A stretch of DNA of 37,366 bases. It comes from Alphaproteobacteria bacterium (GTDB lineage: Bacteria > Pseudomonadota > Alphaproteobacteria > Bin95). The translations under genes and the position numbers were made by a program. Under the pieces are notes generated by a model. It ran no database searches and was not told the origin of the DNA. It saw only the letters and a program-made list of their open reading frames with translations. Below are positions 9,648 to 18,618 of this stretch, one piece after another. Position 1 is the stretch's first letter. Every line of letters starts with the position of its first letter. The stretch covers positions 1 to 37,366 of the forward strand of contig JAJECZ010000193.1 of NCBI GenBank assembly GCA_022821735.1. The letters run 5' to 3'.

Positions 9648-9976
9648 CGCCCGGCCCTCCTCATACTGTCGACGAGGCCGTCAACGACCGCCGCGTCGGC
9701 GCCGCAGGCCTCGCCCCAGCCGCGCAGGTTGCGCTCGAAGTCCTCGACGCAGCCGAGATGGGCGTTGAAGAACGGGTCCTCGGTAGTGGCGGCCAGCACC
9801 GACTCGCCGGCAACGGATATCCCGGTGATGGCCGGGAGGGTCATGGGTTCGAGGCCGAGCAGCCAGCAGAGGAAGGCGCCGAACATGGGCGAGAGGCTCT
9901 CGCCCCGGCGCGGGTCCATCGGGTGCATCGGCGGCGGCGCGCCGGCGGGCGCGGCGGCAATCGCGGGATCGGGCAT
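9644..9976 (-). CDS. Hypothetical protein
   Basis: ATG 9976 with ACGGAG RBS; stop overlaps the next start. Confidence 0.65.
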   Translation of the reverse strand: MPDPAIAAAPAGAPPPMHPMDPRRGESLSPMFGAFLCWLLGLEPMTLPAITGISVAGESVLAATTEDPFFNAHLGCVEDFERNLRGWGEACGADAAVVDGLVDSMRRAGR

Positions 9977-9999
9977 GGGCGGTCTCCGTGATCGGGAAA

Positions 10000-10037
10000 G
10001 GAAAGCGCCCCCGCCCGCGTGCCGGGGGACGGGGCGC
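10000..10037 (-). terminator. Terminator-like hairpin with pyrimidine tract after the DUF2958 gene
   Basis: GCGCCCC...GGGGCGC stem followed on the minus strand by TTTCCTTTCC. Confidence 0.45.
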
Positions 10038-10059
10038 AAAACCGGGCTGCGCAAAGGGA

Positions 10060-10446
10060 TCAGGCGCCGGCGGGACTTGTGCGGCTGCGGGCGGCCGCGT
10101 CGAGTTCCGGACCCAACTCCACGATGCGCCCGGCACGGCGCGCGGCTTCGGCGTAGACGCCGATCGGGTGGACCGGCTGGAACCAGAGGTCCCGCTCGAT
10201 GCCGAGGCCGAACGGACCCTCGAAGGCCTCCAGTTCGCTGAGGCGCACGCTGCCGAGCTCCGGGGTGCCGAACCCGAGATCCATGAGCCCGAAATGGATA
10301 TCGGGGTCCTCCGGATCGGCATCCACGATCAGCCAGGTGCCGGCGCCGGCGGGGTTGAACCACTTGACCAGCGGAACCCTGTCGCTGTCGGGGTTCCTGC
10401 CGTTGGCGATCAGCTGCTCGCGAAGTTCGGGGGTAAGCAGTTCCAT
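10060..10446 (-). CDS. DUF2958 domain protein
   Basis: P.VKWFNP.G.GTWL, FGLMDLGFGTPELGSV.LSEL, GLGIERDL.F. Confidence 0.88.
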   Translation of the reverse strand: MELLTPELREQLIANGRNPDSDRVPLVKWFNPAGAGTWLIVDADPEDPDIHFGLMDLGFGTPELGSVRLSELEAFEGPFGLGIERDLWFQPVHPIGVYAEAARRAGRIVELGPELDAAARSRTSPAGA

Positions 10447-10625
10447 GGGTTGTCTCCCGGCGGGGTGAACGGGTGTGCGGCGGGCCGGAACGCTCCCGCG
10501 CCCCGCCCGCCCGGCGCCCCCCGGGAGGCCGGCCACCGCTCCGGGGGAGCGGAACCGGCAGCGGGCCCGATGGCAGGGAGGCGGCGCCAACCCCCGGATG
10601 GAGGTCCGGACCGGGTTCCGGCGGC

Positions 10626-10847
10626 TCAGTGGGGCGCTATCTCCGGTATCGAACCGGGCGGGCCGAGATCGACCGCGACATTGCCGTCGCGGACGGTGAC
10701 CGTGACGGTGCGGCCGGGCGGCATCAGCCAGAGCAGGTCGGTCCAGACGGCATCGGCGATGGCGCGCTTCTGCGCTTCGTCACCGGGCTCCTCCGGAGCG
10801 GGCGCGATGAATGCCGTGCTCGCGGCGGGCATGGCGTCGAGCTTCAT
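10626..10847 (-). CDS. Small hypothetical protein resembling the C-terminus of the upstream GHKL ATPase
   Basis: ATG 10847 with ACGGAG RBS (alternative start 10865); AIADAVWTDLLWLMPPGRTVTVTVRDGNVAVDL. Confidence 0.6.
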   Translation of the reverse strand: MKLDAMPAASTAFIAPAPEEPGDEAQKRAIADAVWTDLLWLMPPGRTVTVTVRDGNVAVDLGPPGSIPEIAPH

Positions 10848-10939
10848 GGTTGCGGTCTCCGTCATGGCGAACCGCCCCGGCGCGGGACGGCGGCGGGGCG
10901 GCTTCGGGTTGGATGGAAGGTCGGCGGCCCGGCGGCCAG

Positions 10940-11281
10940 TCAGCCGTCCAGGATGCGGACCCGGGCCCTGCCGTCCTCGACGCGGGCGGCGGGCCGGCCG
11001 TCCGGGCCGAGCCACACGGTCACCAGCGGCGGCTCGCCGCCTTCCGCGAAGCGGTCGGGGACAGGGAGTGACCCTTCGCCCCAGGGATCGCGGCCGGCGC
11101 CCTCGCAGACCGCATCCACATGGGTGTAGGTGACATGATCCGTGCTGCGCCAGCCGGCGGCGTCTTCGTTGGCGGTGCCGATGGCCTTTCCGAGGGCTTC
11201 CTCCAGGCTCCCGGCCTCGACCGTGACGGTATTGGCGTGGTGCGCATAATACCCGCACTGCACGGTCCAGGCCCGGGTCAC
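10940..11281 (-). CDS. Hypothetical protein
   Basis: GTG 11281 overlaps the upstream TGA (GTGA); VTVEAGSLEEALGKAI segment. Confidence 0.65.
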   Translation of the reverse strand: MTRAWTVQCGYYAHHANTVTVEAGSLEEALGKAIGTANEDAAGWRSTDHVTYTHVDAVCEGAGRDPWGEGSLPVPDRFAEGGEPPLVTVWLGPDGRPAARVEDGRARVRILDG

Positions 11282-13056
11282 GACGCGGCCTCCGCGGCGG
11301 CGCCGAGGGTCACGGTCACGTCGGGCCGGCGGATGCGGATGTCGACGGTGCGCTCCCGCGGCGCGAGCCATATCAGCTCGCGGCGGACGGCCTCCACGAT
11401 GGAGGTGCGGCAGGCCTCGTCGTCGGACAGCAGCAGGCGGGTCGCCAGATGCAGCGCCTGCTCGTCGAACCGGTCGCGCTGGGTCTCCCAGCTGTCCGAG
11501 TCGGCCTCGTCCGACGGCGAGAAGAACCCGGCCCTGAGAAGTTCGGCAAGCTCGTGCGGCTGGAGGGCGCTGTCCACCGCCACCAGCGGCATGGCGTCGT
11601 CGATCCAGCCCCAGGCCTCCCCGGCGAAGACAAGATCGGCCGGCAGGTCGAGGGTGCGCGCCGGACCCGATGCCGGACGGACGGCGAGCTCGAACCGGAT
11701 GGCGGCAGGCCGGGAGGGCAGCGGCGCGGCCGGTGAACGCGACGTCTCGGGCAGCGGGTACTCGTCGAGCGCCATCCACTCGCCCCCGGCGGCGACCTCG
11801 ACATGGATCGCGGTCACCCGGTCGAGCCCGTCATACCAGTCGTAGCCCTCCAGCCTGCGGTCGGTCTCGAACAGGTGCCGAGCGATGCCGTCGCGTTCGG
11901 CGGCGCGCCAGAGCGCCTGCGCCTCGGGCGGCTCCGGATCGCAGGCCATGACAAGGGCGTCGTGGCCGGCGGCGGCGAGCTTCGGCGGATCGCGCCAGTC
12001 GTTGACATCGGCGACGGAGGGCCGCCAGGGCCGCAGCAGGGCCGGCGGCGGTGCGATGCCGATGCCGGCCTCGCGCGCCCGCGTCCAGTCCCGGAAGACG
12101 GGGCGCGGGTCGGGGTCGGCGGCCATGGCGCGGTAGGCGGCGAGGCGTGCGGCTTCGCGCATCTCGTCCAGGAAGGCGTTCCCGACCGCCTCCTTGCGGG
12201 CCGGCAGGACCAGCTCCAGCTCTGGGCAGTCCTGGATGTCGGCACATACGCTCCAGACGGGCCCGTGGACGGTCTCGACCGCGGGAAGCCCGACCGGCAG
12301 GGTGAGGCCGAAGAAGTTGAGGTCGGGGTCGTTGTAGCCGCGGTGGCGGCTCCGGAAGACGCCGAAGGCAAGGCCGCGCCACCGCTCGGCATGGACGGCC
12401 CCATCGAGAAACGCACGGCGGGGCAGCTCCTCCGGGCCGGCGCCGCCTTCCGTACCGTCCTCGAAGAGGACCGGAAGCGGGTAATGGCGGGCGGCGTTCT
12501 CGGCCGCGTTGCGGATCGCGCCGGCGGACTCGCCCGCCCGAAACGAAATCGACGTCCCATAGGGAAACGGCGCGCTGTCGTCGGCATGAACCTCGGCCTC
12601 GGCCTCCCCGAGAAAATGCGCCGGGGCCAGTTCGACCGTCCAGCCCGGCGGGGTCTCGCCGTCCGGTGAACGCGGGCGCGAGGTGACGGTGCAGCCACGG
12701 CGGGCCAGGCTGGCGAAGCCGAAGCCGGCGGCGTCCTCGCGCCGGACCAGCTCGTCGGACCAGCCGTTCTGGCCGAAGCTCAGCAGCAGGGCGGGATCGG
12801 CGATGCCCTGGCCGTCGTCGGCGACTGTGACGGTGAAACCGTTCTCGCCGCCATCCGGCGACTGCCCTGCCGGCCCGGGGACCGGCGCAGAGACAGAGAT
12901 ATGAACTTGGGTGGCGCCGGCCCGCCGGCTGTTCTGCAGGGTCTCGGCGAAGATGTCGGCAAGGGTTGCGGCATAGATGCGGGTGACCCGCCTGACGGCG
13001 CTCTCGTGGATGCGCGCGCGTATGGTCGGCGGGAGAGGTACGGCGGTGGGGCTCAT
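11278..13056 (-). CDS. GHKL (HATPase_c-like) ATP-binding protein
   Basis: ETLQNSRRAGA (N box), DDGQGI (G1), AGFGFASL (G2), GTSISF. Confidence 0.85.
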   Translation of the reverse strand: MSPTAVPLPPTIRARIHESAVRRVTRIYAATLADIFAETLQNSRRAGATQVHISVSAPVPGPAGQSPDGGENGFTVTVADDGQGIADPALLLSFGQNGWSDELVRREDAAGFGFASLARRGCTVTSRPRSPDGETPPGWTVELAPAHFLGEAEAEVHADDSAPFPYGTSISFRAGESAGAIRNAAENAARHYPLPVLFEDGTEGGAGPEELPRRAFLDGAVHAERWRGLAFGVFRSRHRGYNDPDLNFFGLTLPVGLPAVETVHGPVWSVCADIQDCPELELVLPARKEAVGNAFLDEMREAARLAAYRAMAADPDPRPVFRDWTRAREAGIGIAPPPALLRPWRPSVADVNDWRDPPKLAAAGHDALVMACDPEPPEAQALWRAAERDGIARHLFETDRRLEGYDWYDGLDRVTAIHVEVAAGGEWMALDEYPLPETSRSPAAPLPSRPAAIRFELAVRPASGPARTLDLPADLVFAGEAWGWIDDAMPLVAVDSALQPHELAELLRAGFFSPSDEADSDSWETQRDRFDEQALHLATRLLLSDDEACRTSIVEAVRRELIWLAPRERTVDIRIRRPDVTVTLGAAAEAAS

Positions 13057-13078
13057 GCGGGACCCTCCGTGACATGCG

Positions 13079-13118
13079 GAAAGAAAGCGCCCCGCCGGGC
13101 GGTGAACCCGGCGGGGCG
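13079..13118 (-). terminator. Rho-independent terminator-like element after parB
   Basis: Perfect 12-bp stem CGCCCCGCCGGG / CCCGGCGGGGCG (13088-13118), then CTTTCTTT on the minus strand. Confidence 0.6.
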
Positions 13119-13139
13119 TCTCGATGGCCGCCGTGGCGG

Positions 13140-15542
13140 TCAGTGGACGCGGCGGAGGAACTCGGGGATCTCCGCCGGGTCCGCGGGCGGGGCGTGGCCG
13201 TTGACCGGACCGGTGTGGATACCGGCGTCGTCCTCCTCGCTGGCCGTGGATGGACCGGTGTCGACCGCTTCGGCAGTGATGCCGTCGCCGGTCTCGTCCG
13301 CAGCGTCATCGCCCGACGGTTCGGCCGACGCGGCATGGCCATTGCCGTCAACCGCAGCCGGAGCGTCCCCAGTTGCGGTGTCGGAGCCGGCGGCCCCTTC
13401 CACGGGTTCCGCTTCGGCGGAGGCCTCGACGGCGTCCGGCGCGGGCTGCGCCTCCGCCGCCGCGTGGTCCACCACGTCGCCGATGCGCCCGGTATCGAAC
13501 GCCCTGAAGCCGGGCGGTGTCCAGGCGAGCGCCGCCGCGTGCATCCCGGCGCTCAACCCCGGCGGGGTGGCGCCGGCCGCGAACGCGGTCTCCATCGCCT
13601 CCGCCAGCACCGGCTTCCTGGTCTTCGCGCGCGCCGACGCCCAGGCGATGCCGAACACCGTGCGGGCGATGTCGAGGATGCGCGCCTTGGCGATCCGCGA
13701 CCACAGCATCGCCGCCGTCGGGCGGACATGCTTCGCGAACTCGATGTCGAGGCGGGCCACCGTGGCTTCGAGCTCGGGACGCGCCTCGGGCTCGAAGGCG
13801 AGTTGCGGCTTTACCGTGCGCGCGACGCAGGCGGCGAACAGCGCCTGCTTCTCGGCCACGGGCAAGGCCCGGAGCGCCGCGAAGGACTCGCCGTCGTCCT
13901 CGATCTCCAGCCAGTCCAACGACAGGCCGGAGCGGTCCTCAAGCATCGCCTCGCCCGGCGACCAGTCGGCGAAACCGGCGTCGTTCATCCGGGTGGTCGG
14001 CCGGTCGGCGGTCTCGCGCACTGCGATGTCGAGCGCATGCGGCGTGTAGCCGCGGGTGAACACGGAGCGCCCCATCTGGAACACCGTGAGGTCGAAGGCC
14101 GCCTCGAAGTCGCCGGCGAGATGCGCCTTGACCAGCGCGGTCCGGATATGCCGCAGGTCGTCGGCCAGCCCGATGCCGACGCCCGCCTCCTTGCGCGCCT
14201 CGGCCTCGCGGTCGCGCGGCGGCGCCATCGGGGTCGAGACCGGCGAACCGGCGTTGTGGACAGCAGGACCGCCGGTGTGGACGCCGTGGGTCGCGGCATT
14301 CGGGTCGTGACCGTTGGCGGCCGGGGAGGCGGCGCCGCCGGCCTCTTCCGGCTTCGGCATGTCCTCGGGCTTCACCAGCCCCTGGATGACCTGCATCGCG
14401 CCGTCATGGCCGACGGTGACGATGCAGCCCGCCATGGCGAGATCCTCTCGCCGGAACACCGCGCGGGCGTCGACGGCGCCCGCGATCTCGTCGAGGCGGG
14501 TCTCGATGGCCTCGGCTTCCGAGACCAGCTCCCCGGTCCACTCCTCATCGTCGATCTCGGCGAGTTCCGCCTGCCGGGCTTCCAGCCTGGCGATCTCGGC
14601 CAGCTCCTCCTCGGTCGGTGTGCCGGGCTCGGGCTCGATGCGGCCGCAACTGGCAGTGTCGCTCCAGTCGACCTCGACCATGGCCATGGCCCACTTCCAG
14701 CGGGTCGCCAGCTCGTCGGCCGCAGCCTGGAGCTTCTGCGTCGCGAGCTTCTCCAGCAGCACCGGGTCCTCGAACCAGACGCCGCTCTCGTCGTCCCGCG
14801 CGAACAGGTCGCGCATGACGGCGCCGCCGGCGGCCTCATAGGCCTCGACGCCGACGAAGCGGGCGATCGCGGTGGCGCCTGGCACCCGCTCCTCGGTCAG
14901 CAGGCGCTTCACCTGCCAGGCCGACGGGCGGTATCCCTGGCCCGCGACCTGCTCCCAGACCGCCATCTGGCGCTCGCGGTCGGCGGTGACGGCGAAGGCC
15001 TTCAGCACTTCGAGGTCGATCTCGTCCGCGCGGTAGGCGTCCAGCAGTTCCGGCGCCGCGTTGCCGAGGCGGAGGCGCTGCTCGACGATGCGCTCGGAGG
15101 CCCCGAAACGCACCGCGATGGCGGAAACCGATTGGCCGGCGTCGGCCAGCTTCGTGAACGCGACCACCTGGTCGGCGGGGTGCATCGCGATGCGGATGAC
15201 GTTCTCGGCGAGCGAGAGTTCGGCGGGGTCGGCGTCGCCGGACCTGACCTGGCAGGGCACCGGATGGTCGGCATCGAACACCTTGTCCTCGACCAGCGCC
15301 TGCATGGCCCTGAAGCGGCGCCCGCCGGCGACCACCGCGTAGCGCTCGGCGCCATCTTCGGCGGAGTCATCGGTGCGGACGACGAGGTTCTCCAGCAGGC
15401 CGAGGGCGGCGATGGAGGCCTTGAGCTCGGCGTCGGCCCGGGGATCGGGCGGGGTCTTGCGGACGTTCTCGGGCGCGAGCGCGAGCCGGCTCAGCGGGAT
15501 CTCCCGGATGAGCGGCCCGGCCCCGGGGGCGATGAAGTTCAT
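13140..15542 (-). CDS. Long ParB/RepB/Spo0J-family protein of the mobile-element type
   Basis: ENVRK, LKASIAALGLLENLVVR, VVAGGRRFRA, SLAENVIR, HTH-like IAVRFGASERIVEQRLRLG; acidic low-complexity tail. Confidence 0.9.
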   Translation of the reverse strand: MNFIAPGAGPLIREIPLSRLALAPENVRKTPPDPRADAELKASIAALGLLENLVVRTDDSAEDGAERYAVVAGGRRFRAMQALVEDKVFDADHPVPCQVRSGDADPAELSLAENVIRIAMHPADQVVAFTKLADAGQSVSAIAVRFGASERIVEQRLRLGNAAPELLDAYRADEIDLEVLKAFAVTADRERQMAVWEQVAGQGYRPSAWQVKRLLTEERVPGATAIARFVGVEAYEAAGGAVMRDLFARDDESGVWFEDPVLLEKLATQKLQAAADELATRWKWAMAMVEVDWSDTASCGRIEPEPGTPTEEELAEIARLEARQAELAEIDDEEWTGELVSEAEAIETRLDEIAGAVDARAVFRREDLAMAGCIVTVGHDGAMQVIQGLVKPEDMPKPEEAGGAASPAANGHDPNAATHGVHTGGPAVHNAGSPVSTPMAPPRDREAEARKEAGVGIGLADDLRHIRTALVKAHLAGDFEAAFDLTVFQMGRSVFTRGYTPHALDIAVRETADRPTTRMNDAGFADWSPGEAMLEDRSGLSLDWLEIEDDGESFAALRALPVAEKQALFAACVARTVKPQLAFEPEARPELEATVARLDIEFAKHVRPTAAMLWSRIAKARILDIARTVFGIAWASARAKTRKPVLAEAMETAFAAGATPPGLSAGMHAAALAWTPPGFRAFDTGRIGDVVDHAAAEAQPAPDAVEASAEAEPVEGAAGSDTATGDAPAAVDGNGHAASAEPSGDDAADETGDGITAEAVDTGPSTASEEDDAGIHTGPVNGHAPPADPAEIPEFLRRVH

Positions 15543-15752
15543 GCGAACCTCCGTCAATGGTGTGTGGAAATGCACGGAAGCGGGGTTCGGCGAGCGACTC
15601 CCGCCGGCCCGCGTCCGCGCCGCCCGGAACCGCGCCATGCTCCCCTCCGGACGGAGCAGGCGGCAGGGCGGGCAGCGAAAGCACGGCGGCGGCGCGCGCC
15701 GGGGAGGGGGCCGGAAGCGGCGTCCGGGGCCGCAGGTCCGGGAGGACCGCCG

Positions 15753-16421
15753 TCAGCCGTGCAGGGAGGGAAGGTTCATCGGATATGGCCGGCGAACCAA
15801 CCGCCAGCCGTCCAGGCAGGGTTCGACCGCAATGGCGTCCCGCGCCGCGGCATCGTGGCGGCCGAGCGCGGCGAGCGCCTCCGCCCGGTCGCGATGCACC
15901 GGGATCGCCGCGTCCAGCCGGTCCGCCACCGCGAGCCACCAGTCCACGATCTCGCACACCCCGACCGGGGTATGGGGTGCCCTGTCGAAGGCCACGGCCC
16001 CGTCGCCGGCGAACATCCGCTTGCCGCCGCGGCAGCCCCAGATCTCCGGGTGGCGCTCCGCCCACCCCTTCAGCGCAGGCGCGTTCATGAACCCCAGGTC
16101 GCGGGCGAGCGCATGGCCGCCCTCGAAATACATGAGCGGCGTCACCGTCCCGTCGGACCTGGCGGCCATCAGGGTCTCGCCGGCATCGTCCGGGGGGAAA
16201 TCCGCATCGCGCCGCCAGCTCACCGCCGCATGGTCCATCAGGCGGCCGAGCGCATACCAGCCGCCATGGCAGGCGAGCGTGCGGCAGCCGTCGCGGCGCA
16301 CGATGCCCCAGTCCATGGGAGCCTCCCGGTCGCCGCCATGGGCGTCGACGGCGCGCCGGATGCGCGCCATGGCGAGGCGGACTGCCCCGGGCGAGGGATG
16401 GACGGTCTGCATGTCTGTCAT
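15753..16421 (-). CDS. Hypothetical protein with a CxTxACxxGW motif
   Basis: ATG 16421 (or 16412) with GGGAG RBS; DGCRTLACHGGWY. Confidence 0.6.
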   Translation of the reverse strand: MTDMQTVHPSPGAVRLAMARIRRAVDAHGGDREAPMDWGIVRRDGCRTLACHGGWYALGRLMDHAAVSWRRDADFPPDDAGETLMAARSDGTVTPLMYFEGGHALARDLGFMNAPALKGWAERHPEIWGCRGGKRMFAGDGAVAFDRAPHTPVGVCEIVDWWLAVADRLDAAIPVHRDRAEALAALGRHDAAARDAIAVEPCLDGWRLVRRPYPMNLPSLHG

Positions 16422-16498
16422 CTCCCGGTCGGTGAGGTTGCCGTTCGGTCGGACCCGCTGACTGCCGTGTCGCGCCTGCGCAGCTTGGACGGCCTTCG

Positions 16499-16988
16499 TC
16501 ACGTCCCGTCTCCGGCGCCGGGCTCGACAAGGTGGACATAGGCGAGCTCGGCAATGCGGCGTTCGGCGTCGGCGAGGGGGCGCAGCGGCTCCGCGCTCAT
16601 CTCCCGGTATGAAAGGCCCAGCACAATCGGCAGCGCGCCGAGGCTCCATATGGCGTCCGTCCGCCGGCCGCGCTCGCGGGTCGATATCCAGTCGAGCAGG
16701 CGCCCGCCGAGCCAGACCGCCACCTCGCGGGTGCGGTCCGGGCGGTAATACCGCACGGCGCCGAAGCTTGGCGGGCGCGCTTGCCGGGCCAGGACCTTGC
16801 CGGTCTCCTCCTCATAGCGGCGGACGGCCTCGGCGAAGTCCGCGCCGGGGCTGTCCCATTGGGGCCCCTGCATGCGCCAGAGGTACTCCTGGCCGGTCAG
16901 CATCATGAAGGCGTCGAGCCGGTCCTCGGGGCCGCGCTCGGCGGAGAATGCGGGCGGCGCGTTCGGTGGGGTCGGGGCGCTGAGCCAT
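16499..16988 (-). pseudogene. Hypothetical gene apparently interrupted by a 1-nt frameshift
   Basis: Strong RBS AAGGAGG with ATG 16988 (MAQRPDPTERAARILRRARP). The protein-like continuation (EDRLDAFMML...) is in another frame, joined by removing one base of the GGGG run at 16928-16931. Confidence 0.5.
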
Positions 16989-17121
16989 GCCGGCCTCCTT
17001 CTTGCGGAACCTGCCCGCCCGGCGCTGGCCCTTGCCTCCCGATGGCTGGACGCGGGCTCGCGGGCCGGGCCGGTCAGCCGGTGCAGATGCGGTCGAGGGC
17101 ATCGGCCTCGAAATGCAGGCC

Positions 17122-17361
17122 TCACGCCTGCCGCCCGTCGTGATCGACCAGGGTCATGCCCGGCGTCACGGAGACGAACAGGGGCGTAATCAGGTAGTCC
17201 GGTTCGCCGCCTTCCTGCTGTGGCGGACACCGGCTGACGGCGGCGATGGCGGCGGCCGGCTCCCCCGAGACGAAACAGGAGAACAGGCAGAAACTCCCGG
17301 CCTCGCCTCCGGTCAGCGCCTCGAACGCGCGGCGGTGCTCCTCAGTGATGTTGGTCGACAT
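17122..17361 (-). CDS. Small hypothetical protein, possibly DUF6117-like
   Basis: ATG 17361 with GGAG RBS; AFEAL..G..G.F.LFSC...GEP.A.I.AV...DY.ITPLF pattern. Confidence 0.65.
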   Translation of the reverse strand: MSTNITEEHRRAFEALTGGEAGSFCLFSCFVSGEPAAAIAAVSRCPPQQEGGEPDYLITPLFVSVTPGMTLVDHDGRQA

Positions 17362-17802
17362 GGCGGCGGTCTCCCCGGCGGCGGCGCGGGGGACCGCCTC
17401 TCGGGCCCCCGGTCCGCCCGGGAAACGCCATCCACGACCTCCAGGCGCCGTGCAGCCTATTGGCGGCCGGAGAGCGCGGAGGCGCAGGAAGGCGGGCTGC
17501 GATCGGCCCCGGTCGCGAGGCCGCTTGCCGGACGGCAGGGAAACCGGGCGCATTGCCGGAGATACCGGCGGGCCTGCCGGCCGGTTCCGGCCGCCGGAAC
17601 TTCAACCGGAATGCACCTTGGCCCGGCCGTCGAACTGACCGGTCAGGCGAGGTCGCCGTGTAGGCGTCCGAACTCCTGCATCGGTTGCTCCGGCGACGAC
17701 AACGCCAGGCGCAGCCGCAATGTCGCATCACGAACGGCCGCAAATCATGCAACTGTGAACCGGTCCACACGGAAAACCGGACATGCCGGGAGGAAACAGC
17801 GC

Positions 17803-18618
17803 ATGACAGGCCGTCGCCTTGTTGAAAGACCTGCCTTTCGGATAACCGCGATTGCAGCCTTTGCGTTCCTTGCCCCGTTCGCTTCCCTGCCACAGACGCA
17901 GGCGGCGGACTCGCCCTGGTATCTGGGCTTTCAGGTTCCGGTCATGTTTATCGACGACACGGAGTCGAGGACGACAGGCAGCAACACGATCCAGGGCCAT
18001 GCGCTGCCTTACAGCGCGAGGGCCACCTCCGAATACAAGGCCGGTTTCAAGCTCGCCGGCATAGTGGGCTATGAGTTCGGCGGGAACCTGCGCGTCGAGG
18101 GCGAACTGTTCTATGCGCGGGCCAGGGTGGACAGGCAGATTTACGGCAGCATCGTCTCGGCGGGAAATCCGGTTCCCGTCAGGGTGAATGTTCCGATCTC
18201 CGGCAGCGCCAGCCAGACGGGCGCCATGGCGAATATCTGGTTCGACATTCCGACGGACACCGACTGGACCCCTTATGTCGGCGGCGGCGTCGGCCTCATC
18301 CGGGTGGACCAAGGCGATCTGGAATACGACGCCAACACGCTGGCGAACAGGCTCGCAAAACTGCAGAACCCGAATGCGCCCGATTTTCCGCCCGGCTTTG
18401 TCCCGGAGATTTCATCGACCGATACCGCGTTCGGCTATCATTTTGGCGCCGGCGTCGGCTACCGGCTCAACGACAGGACGGTCTTGCAGTTCGGCTACCG
18501 CCTGCAGGCTGCGAATGACCTGGAGTTCGACGGCCGGAACGCCTTCGGCAACAGCATCGATGTAAAGACGGAACTGCGGGCGCACCTGTTCGAAATCGGG
18601 GTGCGGATGCGGTTTTGA
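17803..18618 (+). CDS. Outer-membrane beta-barrel protein (OMP_b-brl / Msp4-Opa-like)
   Basis: Signal-peptide-like N-terminus ending QTQA; GIVGYEF..LRVEGE, MANIWFDI, PYVGGGVG, YHFGAGVGY; C-terminal Phe (GVRMRF). Confidence 0.88.
   Translation: MTGRRLVERPAFRITAIAAFAFLAPFASLPQTQAADSPWYLGFQVPVMFIDDTESRTTGSNTIQGHALPYSARATSEYKAGFKLAGIVGYEFGGNLRVEGELFYARARVDRQIYGSIVSAGNPVPVRVNVPISGSASQTGAMANIWFDIPTDTDWTPYVGGGVGLIRVDQGDLEYDANTLANRLAKLQNPNAPDFPPGFVPEISSTDTAFGYHFGAGVGYRLNDRTVLQFGYRLQAANDLEFDGRNAFGNSIDVKTELRAHLFEIGVRMRF

Larger units (their letters stand above)
1..17361 (-). mobile_element. Backbone / leading-region-type gene cluster of an ICE or conjugative plasmid (boundaries not in view)
   Basis: Co-oriented strawberry-notch MTase/helicase, ParB, DUF2958, RadC, SRAP and many small ORFs, a set typical of alphaproteobacterial conjugative elements. 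No integrase, relaxase or att site seen. Confidence 0.7.

Noticed and set aside
156-16541. Very long plus-strand ORFs (156-2924, 3285-4952, 13074-16541 and others)
   Set aside because: Antisense shadows of motif-bearing minus-strand genes; stop codons are scarce in high-GC DNA and the translations carry no motifs.
4788-17802. GC-rich spacer repeats as a CRISPR array or integron attC sites
   Set aside because: No identical regularly spaced repeats, no cas or integron integrase gene, and no consistent RYYYAAC/GTTRRRY ends.
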